Source: Acutalibacteraceae bacterium (GTDB taxonomy: Bacteria > Bacillota > Clostridia > Oscillospirales > Acutalibacteraceae). From it: DNA of 64,000 nucleotides. A program made the position numbers and the translations under genes. Shown in pieces: positions 19,780 to 29,386 of this stretch; the first letter of the stretch is position 1; each line of letters starts with the position of its first letter. A model generated the notes under the pieces. That model did not search any database. It worked only from the letters and a program-made list of their open reading frames with translations, and was not told where the DNA came from. The stretch is taken from the NCBI GenBank assembly GCA_045604965.1, contig JAZUPB010000035.1, forward strand, positions 54,774 through 118,773, in the 5' to 3' direction.

Positions 19780-21063
19780 TTATTTCCTGTTTGATGGTTT
19801 TTGAGCTGTTCGTTCGATTATCGCTTTTGTTCTGCTCGAATCGCAGAAACCGTCCCAGTACCATTCGACACTGTCATAGCGGTAATCAAAGCCTATGTAC
19901 TCATTCTCTGCTTCTTCCTCTTCATTTTCATACTCAGCGTCTTCATCGTCATTCGTCACCATAAAGCTGAGCGTCTTCTTTTCTTCATCGATTTTAAATC
20001 CGCTGATTATATTGCAATATCCCATTTCAATCTGCTCTGCTTCTTTTTCGGCATCTCCTGCCAAAAACTCGGCATTTCTAAGCACCATAAGTACATTCCA
20101 GTATGTTTTTGAAATATCATCAGAGGCTTCGGCGTTGGTCATATAGATAAACACATCTGAGCCTTTTCGTTCAATTGCAGATGTATCGGAAAAATTCGGT
20201 TTGAGCATAATGCCCTCTTTTGTTTCTGCGTATTCCGCAGTGTCTGTACTTTTCTTTGCCTTGTAAGTATATTTTACATTCACAAGCTCAGTAAATCTTG
20301 TTTTTGAAAGAGAATTGAGCACTGTTCGCAGTGTACTGCCGTTCTTTTCGTTTATATCAAACTGAGAAAACGGTACAAGTATAAGCCTGTCATAATGCTT
20401 CGGATAGTCGAAACCATACTTTTTGCTGAGATATTCTCCTGTTACCTTATAACATTTTACACTCTTTCCAAGAGCATTTTCCTTCTTCAGGAGATTTGCC
20501 ATAAAGGACTTGTCAAGCTCCCAGTATTCTTCGTCATATACGTGAACAAAATCGCCGTACATAGAATCAAGCAGGTCCGAATCTTCTCCGGACATAACCT
20601 CAAAATATTTATCCGTTTTCTTTATTCTGTAAAATGCTCTTAAATTGGCATCGTCACGAACTGCAATCATATAAATCATTATTCCTAAGGTCATCAAAAA
20701 CACGCCGAAAAAATAATAATCAAGAAGATGTACAAACACTATAGGCCATATCGGCATCATAAGAATTATGATTATCCAGTAAACTGAATTGAATTTCGTT
20801 TTGGACATATATTGCAGTGCTATATACCGGACTGCTTCCACAGGGTAATTCTTTTCTTTTTTTCCTTTTACTGCAAGGGCAATTATCCCTGCAACTGCGG
20901 CTATTACAAACATAGCTATACTGCCGATGCCAAGCAGTCCGACTATGGCGTACTGCCAGTCCCACTGAAGGTTTTCCATTACGGAGATTACTCCCGAAAC
21001 ACCCATCATTTCGAACGCTATGAGAAACAATAGAGCTATGGGATGTTTTTTGATTACCTTCAT
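19780..21063 (-). CDS. hypothetical polytopic membrane protein with acidic C-terminal low-complexity tail
   Basis: 427-aa ORF overlapping the upstream esterase gene by 4 nt. Confidence 0.5.
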   Translation of the reverse strand: MKVIKKHPIALLFLIAFEMMGVSGVISVMENLQWDWQYAIVGLLGIGSIAMFVIAAVAGIIALAVKGKKEKNYPVEAVRYIALQYMSKTKFNSVYWIIIILMMPIWPIVFVHLLDYYFFGVFLMTLGIMIYMIAVRDDANLRAFYRIKKTDKYFEVMSGEDSDLLDSMYGDFVHVYDEEYWELDKSFMANLLKKENALGKSVKCYKVTGEYLSKKYGFDYPKHYDRLILVPFSQFDINEKNGSTLRTVLNSLSKTRFTELVNVKYTYKAKKSTDTAEYAETKEGIMLKPNFSDTSAIERKGSDVFIYMTNAEASDDISKTYWNVLMVLRNAEFLAGDAEKEAEQIEMGYCNIISGFKIDEEKKTLSFMVTNDDEDAEYENEEEEAENEYIGFDYRYDSVEWYWDGFCDSSRTKAIIERTAQKPSNRK

Positions 21064-21893
21064 TTTTCTCCCTCCTGATGTGCATAATAATTTTCCATTG
21101 CATATTCGAATCTTTCTTCGAATTTTGCTATTGCTTCTTTGCTTATCTTTTTAAACGGCATAAGCATATCGAAGGCGTGAAAGCCTTTGCGGTAAACATC
21201 GACAGATGCTTCTATTCCTGCTTTATTGAGGTTATCAATATATGTAAGTGTCTCACAGTAAAAAGCGTCGGTATCTCCTACAAAGGTATATGCAGGCGGT
21301 AAATTTGAATAATCGGTCTGCCGTGACGGAGCTGCATAGGCAGGCACATTTTTTTGCCACAAATCTCCGAGATACAGCTTCCAGGCTTTATGGTTTTTCT
21401 TTGTATTCCACGTAAACCCGTGATTATCTTTTGAGGATTCCGTATCGTTGTCGTCTATCATCGGATATATAGGCATCTGGAATGCTATATTTATTTCACC
21501 TTTATCTCTTGCGTACATACAGAGTGCCGCTGTCAGTCCGCCTCCTGCACTCTCGCCGCCCACCATTATCTGACTGCTGTTTATCCCCAGCTCATCCGCG
21601 TGATTCTTGAGATAAATCAAAGCAGCATAGCAGTCTTCCAACGCTGCCGGATACGGTGCTTTGCCTGAAAGTGTATATTCCGGTGTTACTACCACCGCAC
21701 CATACTTTTTCACAAGCGGCAGCGCTCTTGACATATATATCATTCCTGCCATACCTGTTGCGTATCCGCCGCCGTGTATCCATAGCACGCCCGGCGACTT
21801 CTGTTTTGTCTGTTCTTTAGGGCGGAGAATGATTATTTTCATTTTTCGTCCGCCGCTTTTGATGTTAATCTTTTCTGATATATAGTTCTTCAT
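21060..21893 (-). CDS. alpha/beta-hydrolase fold esterase/lipase (Aes-like)
   Basis: HGGGY oxyanion motif and a GESAGG nucleophile elbow. The start is placed at MKNYISEK, with RBS AAAGGA upstream of the ATG at 21893. Confidence 0.75.
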   Translation of the reverse strand: MKNYISEKINIKSGGRKMKIIILRPKEQTKQKSPGVLWIHGGGYATGMAGMIYMSRALPLVKKYGAVVVTPEYTLSGKAPYPAALEDCYAALIYLKNHADELGINSSQIMVGGESAGGGLTAALCMYARDKGEINIAFQMPIYPMIDDNDTESSKDNHGFTWNTKKNHKAWKLYLGDLWQKNVPAYAAPSRQTDYSNLPPAYTFVGDTDAFYCETLTYIDNLNKAGIEASVDVYRKGFHAFDMLMPFKKISKEAIAKFEERFEYAMENYYAHQEGEK

Positions 21894-22002
21894 AATGATT
21901 CCTTTTTGTTTTTTCTCTTTTATTATACTTTTAACTTTTGCTGCAGGCAATATTAAATTCAATATTAATAAAGCTCTCCCCGGAAAACAGGGAGAGCTTC
22001 GA

Positions 22003-23232
22003 TTATTCTTTCGGCAGACTTTGAATATATTTATGCATCGCTTCTGCGACTTTTTTGCTGTGATTTACTGCCTCAACCACATTGCGCGCTCCGTTTACAA
22101 CATCTCCTGACGCAAATATTCCGGGGCGGCTGGTCTGTCCGTTTTCATCTGCCACCAGAAGTCCGCGTGTATTGGTATCGAGCCCTGTGGTGGTTGTGAC
22201 AATAGTATTCTGAGGCCCCTGACTTATTGATATTATTACACTGTCTGCCTTATACAGCTTATCGCTGCCCTCTATATCTGTTATATTCTGATCTTCATCC
22301 TCAAGAAGATCTCGGAATATTACTCCCTCGTCAACTATTTCCACCGGACGCTTGTTGTATTCAAATTTAACACCCTCAAGCTGTGCATATCTGAACTCGT
22401 GTGTGCTTGCGGCAACTTCCTTCCTCAGCGAAAAGCAGGTGATATCCTGCACACCCTTCCTCAGTGCCGTTCTCGCAACATCCATCGCCGCGTTTCCTGC
22501 TCCGATGACGATTACCTTTTCACCAAGCTTGTAACTGTCAGGATTATTAAGATAATTGATACCGAAATGGACATTTCCGAAAGTCTCGCCCTTAATGTGC
22601 AATGCATTGGGCTTCCATATGCCTGTGCCTATGAATATTGCCTTATATCCGTCTCTGAAAAGATCATCAATCCCTATTGCAGTACCGATTCTGGTGTTTG
22701 GGCGTATTTTGATTCCTTTTAGCTCAAGGTGACGGTACTGTATATCATCAAGCACCGATTTCGGCAGCCTGAATTCGGGAATTCCATATCGCAGTATTCC
22801 GCCTATCTTATCGTTGCTCTCAAATATCGTAACCTGATAGCCATAGCGAGCCATAAGAATTGCAATTGTTATACCTGCAGGACCCGATCCAACAATCGCT
22901 ACCTTTATTCCATTTGAGGGATGAGGTCCGTTGGTCATCTTAGGTGCATATGCGCCGGAAACATAACTTTCTATTGTTGAAAAATGAACAGGTGCACCCT
23001 TTTTTCCCAGCACACAATGCCCTTCACACTGTTTTTCGTGGTCGCATATGAGACTGCATACCGTTGTCAAAGGATTGTTTTCAAAAAGCAGCCAACCTGC
23101 CTCATTCAGTTTGTTTTCTTTCAGAAGTCTGATGACTTCAGGTATCGGTGTGTTTATCGGGCAGCCCTTCTGACACTGCGGATTCTTGCAGCCAAGACAG
23201 CGGTTTGCCTCGTCCATAACGTGGAGCGCCAT
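22003..23232 (-). CDS. GltD-like (glutamate synthase small-subunit family) NAD(P)H-dependent Fe-S flavoprotein oxidoreductase
   Basis: 409-aa ORF with N-terminal Cys clusters (CLGCKNPQCQKGCP, C…C…C), then an FAD/NAD dinucleotide-binding GSGPAG motif. Confidence 0.75.
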   Translation of the reverse strand: MALHVMDEANRCLGCKNPQCQKGCPINTPIPEVIRLLKENKLNEAGWLLFENNPLTTVCSLICDHEKQCEGHCVLGKKGAPVHFSTIESYVSGAYAPKMTNGPHPSNGIKVAIVGSGPAGITIAILMARYGYQVTIFESNDKIGGILRYGIPEFRLPKSVLDDIQYRHLELKGIKIRPNTRIGTAIGIDDLFRDGYKAIFIGTGIWKPNALHIKGETFGNVHFGINYLNNPDSYKLGEKVIVIGAGNAAMDVARTALRKGVQDITCFSLRKEVAASTHEFRYAQLEGVKFEYNKRPVEIVDEGVIFRDLLEDEDQNITDIEGSDKLYKADSVIISISQGPQNTIVTTTTGLDTNTRGLLVADENGQTSRPGIFASGDVVNGARNVVEAVNHSKKVAEAMHKYIQSLPKE

Positions 23233-23339
23233 ATTCTTTGCCTCCCAGTATTTTTTACATTGTTATTTTAACCATATTTTTCTCCTCATTCAATGCACAA
23301 TACGGCTGCGCATATTACGTTTCAGTTCTTTTTGCAAGA

Positions 23340-23372
23340 AAACGGAAGGCATTTTACTGCTGCCTTCCGTTT
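23340..23372 (-). terminator. intrinsic terminator closing the methyltransferase operon
   Basis: GGAAGGCA…TGCCTTCC hairpin followed by GUUUU on the minus strand. Confidence 0.55.
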
Positions 23373-23376
23373 TCTG

Positions 23377-24264
23377 TTATCTGATTTTTTCCAGAACATC
23401 TGCAAATTTTTCGTAATTAACCTTAACTCCGTCGTCAAGGTCAATTTCGATTTTCTGCTCTGCAAGGCAAAGCAGTTTTTCATCAAACTGCTTTGCCTCA
23501 TAAAATTGTTCTTCCAGCTTTATCATCTGTTTTTTGGTCTTGTTTTTCTCTGAGCTTGATACATTCTCAACCGAATTACTTTTATTTGCTGCCTGCATAC
23601 TTAAATACGCCAGACGTCTGCAGACATATTCTTTATGCATTCGTTCCGGCAGGTCATTTTTATATCGGTGCATATAAACGAGCGCTTTGAATCCGTTTTT
23701 TCTGCCCGACGAAAACATCCAATATATTGGTCGTTTCTGATATGTTTTAACGTGATCCGCATAAAAGGTGTTCAGAAAATAACAGCGTATCACCTCGCGC
23801 GGTGTCCCTTTTCCTTCCAGCCCGTCAGCGATAAAACTGAGGTTTTCTTCCAGTGTTTCGCTTCCGTAAACTGTCTCGACCCACTTTATAAAGTGTTCTG
23901 TTATATCATTTTCAAAACATTCATCGTCGCATATGGGAATGATATTATCCTTTACAGGAATTACCGTCTTATATCTGCTTATATCCCACTCTCCGCCTGC
24001 ATATATAACCCCTTCTTCGTCAAGGGAATATCTGCCGAATATACAGCCCACTGCATAGGATATCAGCGATTTTATCTCACGCTGAAGATGTGCTCTGCGC
24101 ACAGTGATATATTTATCCTCCACCTCAGGTGCAAGCTCATCTTCCAGTCCGTACAGATCTATAAATATACGGTTGAGTTCTTCTTCATTTTCCTTGAGGC
24201 GCTCGAAACGCTCTTCGCATTGTTTTTCCCATTCTCTGTATTTATCTGCTATCAGCCGTGCCAT
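23377..24264 (-). CDS. stand-alone protein resembling the C-terminal domain of PglX / Type IIG Eco57I-family enzymes
   Basis: 295-aa ORF with its own RBS (GAGGTGA) and ATG. It lies in the same frame as MTase A, separated by TGA followed by a further TAG and two more TGA codons. The central motif RPIYWMFSSGRKNGFKALVYMHRY recalls C-terminal regions of full-length PglX-like proteins. This rests on memory and inference, not a search. Confidence 0.5.
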   Translation of the reverse strand: MARLIADKYREWEKQCEERFERLKENEEELNRIFIDLYGLEDELAPEVEDKYITVRRAHLQREIKSLISYAVGCIFGRYSLDEEGVIYAGGEWDISRYKTVIPVKDNIIPICDDECFENDITEHFIKWVETVYGSETLEENLSFIADGLEGKGTPREVIRCYFLNTFYADHVKTYQKRPIYWMFSSGRKNGFKALVYMHRYKNDLPERMHKEYVCRRLAYLSMQAANKSNSVENVSSSEKNKTKKQMIKLEEQFYEAKQFDEKLLCLAEQKIEIDLDDGVKVNYEKFADVLEKIR

Positions 24265-24288
24265 TCATTCACCTCATTCCTAATTTAG

Positions 24289-26793
24289 TCAGACAAGCGG
24301 ATGCCTTTTGAAATCCCAGGAGGTTTCAAAGAAATCCCAATCTGATTTTGATATTTCTATATTTTCTTCTGTTATTCTGTAAACGGTATCCTTTACATCT
24401 TCATTATACACAACAGGCAGAGATGCTATTTGTCCTCCCTCATAATTGAGAGTGGGAGAAAGTGATGCAGCAACAACCTCCGCTACTGATGAATTCAAAA
24501 AGCCCATCATATATCGCAAATCGTATTTTTGAGCAAAGTAACAGGCTCCTGCTACATCAAAAATACAGCCTGTCTTGTATCTGAAAGAAATTTTTCCTGT
24601 ACTGATCTTTGACCAGGAGGCACAGGGTCTGAAATAATACTCCGTGTTCGGCACAGTGGAACGAATCCGTCCTCTTTCATCTGCAAAATTTTTTATTTCC
24701 TTTCCGCCGTCCTTCCAGTACAGCACATAATCATTATTGCCATACCATTTGCGAAAGGTACCTCCCTTATTGTACGGCACCCAGTATCCCGACCTTGAGT
24801 CAAGATCCTCCTGAGATACAGCGTCAAAGACACATATCTCCTTTTTCACTTCAAACCAGTATCTTACAAACCGCGCATTTTCTCCTGTTGTCATACCGAG
24901 GCGGGTGACTCCTGTATCACTGAGCTTCGGGCATTTTTCAAGTTTTTCCAGTATATTGCCGCTTACCCAATAAGCAACAAGTGAACCGGGGATCTTTGAA
25001 AAATCCGAACATTTTGACACAAATCGTTCTTTGCCTGACAGGAACATTTCCTCTTTGGCTTGCTGAGACGAAGGCTCTGTCAGACGGCAGTAGGTCCCCT
25101 TATAATTTTCAATTTGTGCATTTCTTATTACGAACCCTGCGGTCTGCACAACCTCTCCGCTTATTCCCTCAAATGCTTTTGCTCCGAGGTGAAGCATATT
25201 TACAATTGTTTTCCTCAGTAGCTTGGCTCTCAGCTTTTCGTAGCTGGACAAAAACATCCACGTATGCTGTGTGAGCATCGAGAGATAACCGTTTTCGTCT
25301 GTCATTTCGGCACACCGCTCGATAAACGCGGCAAAAAGATCGCTTTTACTGTCAGGGTAATTCTTTTTTGTGAACCTGCAGAGTTTTGTGCTCATACCGC
25401 CTGCACCCATATACGGCGGATTTGTTATTACAATATGATATTTATCCTCAAGCATTTTTGCCTGTTTCAAAATGTGTCTCAATTCATTGAGCTTCAACTG
25501 ATATTCATTGTCGGGTTCATCATCGATAGTTATCTTTTCCGCAAAATCATAAATCAGTTCGTGATTTATATTCTTTACCCGTATAAGGCATCCGTACTCC
25601 TTTGCCTCGGCAAACGCTTCTGCGATTTTTTCAAGTTCAGATTTTATCCTTTTATTTTTTCCTGCGGCAGAGATGATAAAATTTTTATCAATAAAAGACG
25701 AATCCTTTACGGCAATTATGTTTGTCTGTAATTTTTCACCGAGAATGCTCCGGTCATATTGACAGGCTTTCATCATAACCGAAAAATATGCCAGCTGACC
25801 TGCTCGGTCATCAATGTCCAATCCGTAAAGATTGTTTTCCAGAATCGATCTTACTGCATCCTTCTTTGTCCGCCCTGCTGACAAATATATCTGCATAAGC
25901 ACGTCAAATGCATACGTCAGTATCTGCCCTGAACCTGCACAGGGATCTATAATTTTTATATTTTCCGGCACAAGAGCAGGCATCTTTTCTCGTATTTCTT
26001 CGAGTCTTCTGCACACGGCCGCTTCCTGCTCTGCATTGTCAACATAGTATTTCCATTCCAGTCTGAGCTTGTCGTTGGGGTTATTTTCCAGCCACAGGCA
26101 GCCAAGCGAGTTTTCCACCATATACCGCACTATCCAATCAGGAGTAAAAAGCTGCGTTGCCGACGGAAGCCGTTCTTTACTTATTTTTATGTTTTTCTTA
26201 AGCAGTGCAAATGTCTCATCCTTAAGTTCTGAATTGTAATACTGATAAAGCCATCCTATTATTTGCACCCTGTCAACCCAGTCTTCCTCAGGTATTTCTG
26301 CTGCCATTCGTCCAATTACGCTGTCCTGAATAAGTAGATTATCCGGCATCAGAATCTCAAGCCAGCCGGGGATTTTTTCGAACATATACGGAAGGCTCTC
26401 ATTAAGAGCATTGCATCGGGAAATCAAGTGATATTTGAATAACCTTTCACGTTCTGTTTTCTCTGCCTCTTTCGGAATTTCCGGGTCAAATGCGCCCTTT
26501 TCGTCTGTAAAAAGACGTTTTCCTAATGGAAACAACTCATTTTTTTCCATATACATAAGAGCTGTAAACCGAATAAACCAGGCGCAGGCGGCTTCCTCCA
26601 TCACCTGTGTGTATCCATTGACTGCTATTCTTTCTGCAAGCTGTATGAGCTTTGCATTTTCACCGTCAGAAAATAGCTGTTCATCCGATGCAATATCTTC
26701 AGTTATTCCGTACAGCGCCGCCCTTTGCTTTACTTTGCAAAGCAGCTGACTTCGCGCACGCACTGCAAATTTTTTAATTGCCGCTTTATTCAT
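24289..26793 (-). CDS. PglX / Eco57I-family gamma-class N6-adenine DNA methyltransferase, copy A, lacking the usual C-terminal domain
   Basis: 834-aa ORF. It has an N-terminal MNKAAIKKFAVRAR… helical module and a SAM-binding motif (IIDPCAGSGQIL). The catalytic motif IV is VITNPPYMGAGG. It ends …ETSWDFKRHPLV-stop. Confidence 0.8.
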   Translation of the reverse strand: MNKAAIKKFAVRARSQLLCKVKQRAALYGITEDIASDEQLFSDGENAKLIQLAERIAVNGYTQVMEEAACAWFIRFTALMYMEKNELFPLGKRLFTDEKGAFDPEIPKEAEKTERERLFKYHLISRCNALNESLPYMFEKIPGWLEILMPDNLLIQDSVIGRMAAEIPEEDWVDRVQIIGWLYQYYNSELKDETFALLKKNIKISKERLPSATQLFTPDWIVRYMVENSLGCLWLENNPNDKLRLEWKYYVDNAEQEAAVCRRLEEIREKMPALVPENIKIIDPCAGSGQILTYAFDVLMQIYLSAGRTKKDAVRSILENNLYGLDIDDRAGQLAYFSVMMKACQYDRSILGEKLQTNIIAVKDSSFIDKNFIISAAGKNKRIKSELEKIAEAFAEAKEYGCLIRVKNINHELIYDFAEKITIDDEPDNEYQLKLNELRHILKQAKMLEDKYHIVITNPPYMGAGGMSTKLCRFTKKNYPDSKSDLFAAFIERCAEMTDENGYLSMLTQHTWMFLSSYEKLRAKLLRKTIVNMLHLGAKAFEGISGEVVQTAGFVIRNAQIENYKGTYCRLTEPSSQQAKEEMFLSGKERFVSKCSDFSKIPGSLVAYWVSGNILEKLEKCPKLSDTGVTRLGMTTGENARFVRYWFEVKKEICVFDAVSQEDLDSRSGYWVPYNKGGTFRKWYGNNDYVLYWKDGGKEIKNFADERGRIRSTVPNTEYYFRPCASWSKISTGKISFRYKTGCIFDVAGACYFAQKYDLRYMMGFLNSSVAEVVAASLSPTLNYEGGQIASLPVVYNEDVKDTVYRITEENIEISKSDWDFFETSWDFKRHPLV

Positions 26794-26831
26794 ACATCTT
26801 TACCTTTCTGACGGAATATTTGCTATTCTAC

Positions 26832-29273
26832 CTATATCAGAGGATGCCTCTTGAAATCCCAGGAGGTTTCAAAGCAGTCCCAATCTTCTTTTGACAACTC
26901 TGTGTTTTCTTCTGCAATATGACCTGCCTTTTCCTCACATCCGAAAAGCACAGGCATATTTTTAATGTTTCCTGCCTGAAAATTCATAGTGGGATTCAGC
27001 ATTTCAAGTATGTATCCGCTTACCTTGGATGACAGAAGTGCCAGCAGATAATGCAGATTTTCCCTGTCTGTAAACATCTGCGAGCCGGCAACATCAAAGA
27101 CTGATCCAAATGGCCTGTAACGCACCCCGAAATTTGACGAGCTTATAAATGTCCAGGTTATTCCTTCTCTGAAATAACTGCTGTATCCACCGTTTTCACG
27201 GTATCCCGGTGTTGCCTTCATCTTCGCTCTGCCTTCTTTATCATACCAAACAATCTCTCTGAGATTGCCGTACCAGAGTCTGTAATCTCCGCCTTTATTA
27301 TAAGGAAACCATTTCCCCTCGCTTCTATCAAGACCGCTTACATGGGAAAGTGAAAAGTCGATTTTGTCTTTTTGCACCTCCCACCACCGGCGTACAAACA
27401 CATCATTTTTGCCTGTGCCCATACCGATTTTCACCTCAGCAATATCGCTCAGGCGTTTCTCTTTTCTGAAAACATCCGTAATTTTTTCATTTGCCCAATA
27501 CGCAATAGGACAGCCCGGTATATTCAAAAAGGCACCCTGTCTTATTTCGTAAAGATACGGACAGTTTTTTTCTTTCAGCGCCTGCTTCAGCTTTTGCTCC
27601 TGTGTTTTCATACCGCCTTTGAATTGGGCAAGGCGTATAAACAGGGATTTTTCCGTATGTTTCCCATTGTTCATAACAAACGCACACACAGGAACTGCCG
27701 CGTCCTCAAATGCCGAGTACTCCATCTGGGTAAGAGTAACAATAAATTTATTTTCTATTATGTATCTTCGCAGATTTTCATAGGATTTTATAAACATCCA
27801 CACCATCGGAGTCATAAATCCTGTGTATCCGTTTTCGATGCAAAAATCAAAGCATCTGATCATAAACACACTGAACAGATCGCCGGAAAATTGTCTATAC
27901 TCGGAGCTAATATATTCTCTCAGGCCAGTGTCATATTTATTAAGATACGGGGGATTTGTGCACACTAAGGTATATTTCTGTGACAGGATTTTTGCCTGGT
28001 ATGCCATATGTCTGAGCTTCGGCATAAAATATTCTTTCCATTGTGTGAACTCTTCACTTTCAAAATTACATTCTGCACAATGTTCCAGATAGTTTATAAA
28101 TTCGGTATAATTTCTGTCCTCAATTTTAATCAGTGAACCGATTTCCTTTGCGTTCTCAAATGCTGCTTCCAGGTATTTACCTGTATTATTCAGCGCTTTA
28201 TCCGGCATAAATCCTTCATTCGTCAACGTTTCATCAGTATTGCTTTCCTTTATTGACAGAAGATTTGGCTGTATTTCTTTTTCAAGGAATTTACTGTCCG
28301 CAGCAAGTGCTTTCATCATCACCGCAAAGCAGGCAAGCTGAAAGCATCTGTCATCTATATCAGTGCCGAAAAGATTGTTTTTTACTATCTCGGCTGCGGC
28401 TTCACAAGCACTGTATCCGCACTCTTTGTATATTTCCATAAGCACGTCGAATGCATATACAAGAATATGTCCGCTGCCCATACAGGGATCAAAAAATGTA
28501 AGATTCTTTGGATTTACATCCTCATTCACAAATCGGATATCACCCGATTTCGGTACGGTAAAATAATGAAGCTTTTCTCTCAGTCTGCTTTTCGGATTGC
28601 GCTCTATCCAATATCTTCCGAGCGAGTTATCCACTATATATTTAACTATCCACTCGGGTGTAAAAAGCTGTGTGGCCGCAGGAATATCATCTTTTTTTAC
28701 TGTACCTTTATATATATTTACAATGCTGTTGTGCTCTTGTGAGATGTAGTACTGATAGAGCCAGCCAATGATCTCTACGCCTTCCGTCCAATCTTCCTCT
28801 GCAGTTTCTCTTACTATTCTGCTCGGCATACTGTTTTCTCCAAGGAGATTTTCAGGAATAAGGAGCTCTGTCCAATCAGGTTCTTTCTCAAATATATGCG
28901 GAAGTTTTGCGCCCAGCGCCCTGTATCGGGATATCAGCAGATATTTATACAGTTCTTCGTTATCCTGTTTTCTATCGCCGTCAAACAGTCTCACTTCATT
29001 CGGCAAAAATCCATTTATCTCCATAAAATAAAGAGCGGCAAATCTGATAAACCATATATACGCGGCTTCTTCAACAACTTGGTTATAGCCCTTTTCTTTT
29101 ATTTTGCCGAAAATTTGACTGCGCAATTTTTCTTCCGCTTTTGAAAGGTTTATTTCCGATGTGATATATTCCGCATTTTCAGTTATTCCGCATCTGTATG
29201 CCCTTTTTCTTATATCCTCGGTCATTTGTTGCCGTGCCCGCACGGCAAAGCTTTTTAACGCATTTTTATTCAT
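26832..29273 (-). CDS. PglX / Eco57I-family gamma-class N6-adenine DNA methyltransferase, copy B (paralog of A, roughly 40% identity by eye)
   Basis: 813-aa ORF with the same architecture: MNKNALKSFAVRAR…, FFDPCMGSGHIL, LVCTNPPYLNKYD. It ends …ETSWDFKRHPLI-stop. RBS AGGAAG. Confidence 0.8.
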   Translation of the reverse strand: MNKNALKSFAVRARQQMTEDIRKRAYRCGITENAEYITSEINLSKAEEKLRSQIFGKIKEKGYNQVVEEAAYIWFIRFAALYFMEINGFLPNEVRLFDGDRKQDNEELYKYLLISRYRALGAKLPHIFEKEPDWTELLIPENLLGENSMPSRIVRETAEEDWTEGVEIIGWLYQYYISQEHNSIVNIYKGTVKKDDIPAATQLFTPEWIVKYIVDNSLGRYWIERNPKSRLREKLHYFTVPKSGDIRFVNEDVNPKNLTFFDPCMGSGHILVYAFDVLMEIYKECGYSACEAAAEIVKNNLFGTDIDDRCFQLACFAVMMKALAADSKFLEKEIQPNLLSIKESNTDETLTNEGFMPDKALNNTGKYLEAAFENAKEIGSLIKIEDRNYTEFINYLEHCAECNFESEEFTQWKEYFMPKLRHMAYQAKILSQKYTLVCTNPPYLNKYDTGLREYISSEYRQFSGDLFSVFMIRCFDFCIENGYTGFMTPMVWMFIKSYENLRRYIIENKFIVTLTQMEYSAFEDAAVPVCAFVMNNGKHTEKSLFIRLAQFKGGMKTQEQKLKQALKEKNCPYLYEIRQGAFLNIPGCPIAYWANEKITDVFRKEKRLSDIAEVKIGMGTGKNDVFVRRWWEVQKDKIDFSLSHVSGLDRSEGKWFPYNKGGDYRLWYGNLREIVWYDKEGRAKMKATPGYRENGGYSSYFREGITWTFISSSNFGVRYRPFGSVFDVAGSQMFTDRENLHYLLALLSSKVSGYILEMLNPTMNFQAGNIKNMPVLFGCEEKAGHIAEENTELSKEDWDCFETSWDFKRHPLI

Positions 29274-29302
29274 TATCTGTCTTCCTGTCCCGATACCGGC
29301 AT

Positions 29303-29340
29303 ATTATATCAAAGCTGTTTATCCACACTGAGTTTGTTTT
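29303..29340 (-). promoter_or_regulatory. extended -10 promoter (TGATATAAT) upstream of MTase copy B
   Basis: The reverse complement of 29303-29311 is TGATATAAT, about 30 nt upstream of the copy B start. The -35 element is weak. Confidence 0.4.
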
Positions 29341-29386
29341 TAATCGTATTAAATTATCATACATTAATTTTATTTGTCTTTCAATA

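Noticed and set aside
24262-24294. Translational readthrough or frameshift fusing MTase A to the downstream 295-aa ORF (same frame, TGA-C context)
   Set aside because: The 24-nt spacer carries three further in-frame stops (TAG, TGA, TGA). The downstream ORF also has its own GAGGTGA RBS. It is therefore a separate gene.
23377-29273. BREX type 1 system
   Set aside because: Only PglX-like MTases are present. No brxA, brxB, brxC ATPase, pglZ phosphatase or brxL/Lon-like gene occurs anywhere in the 64 kb.
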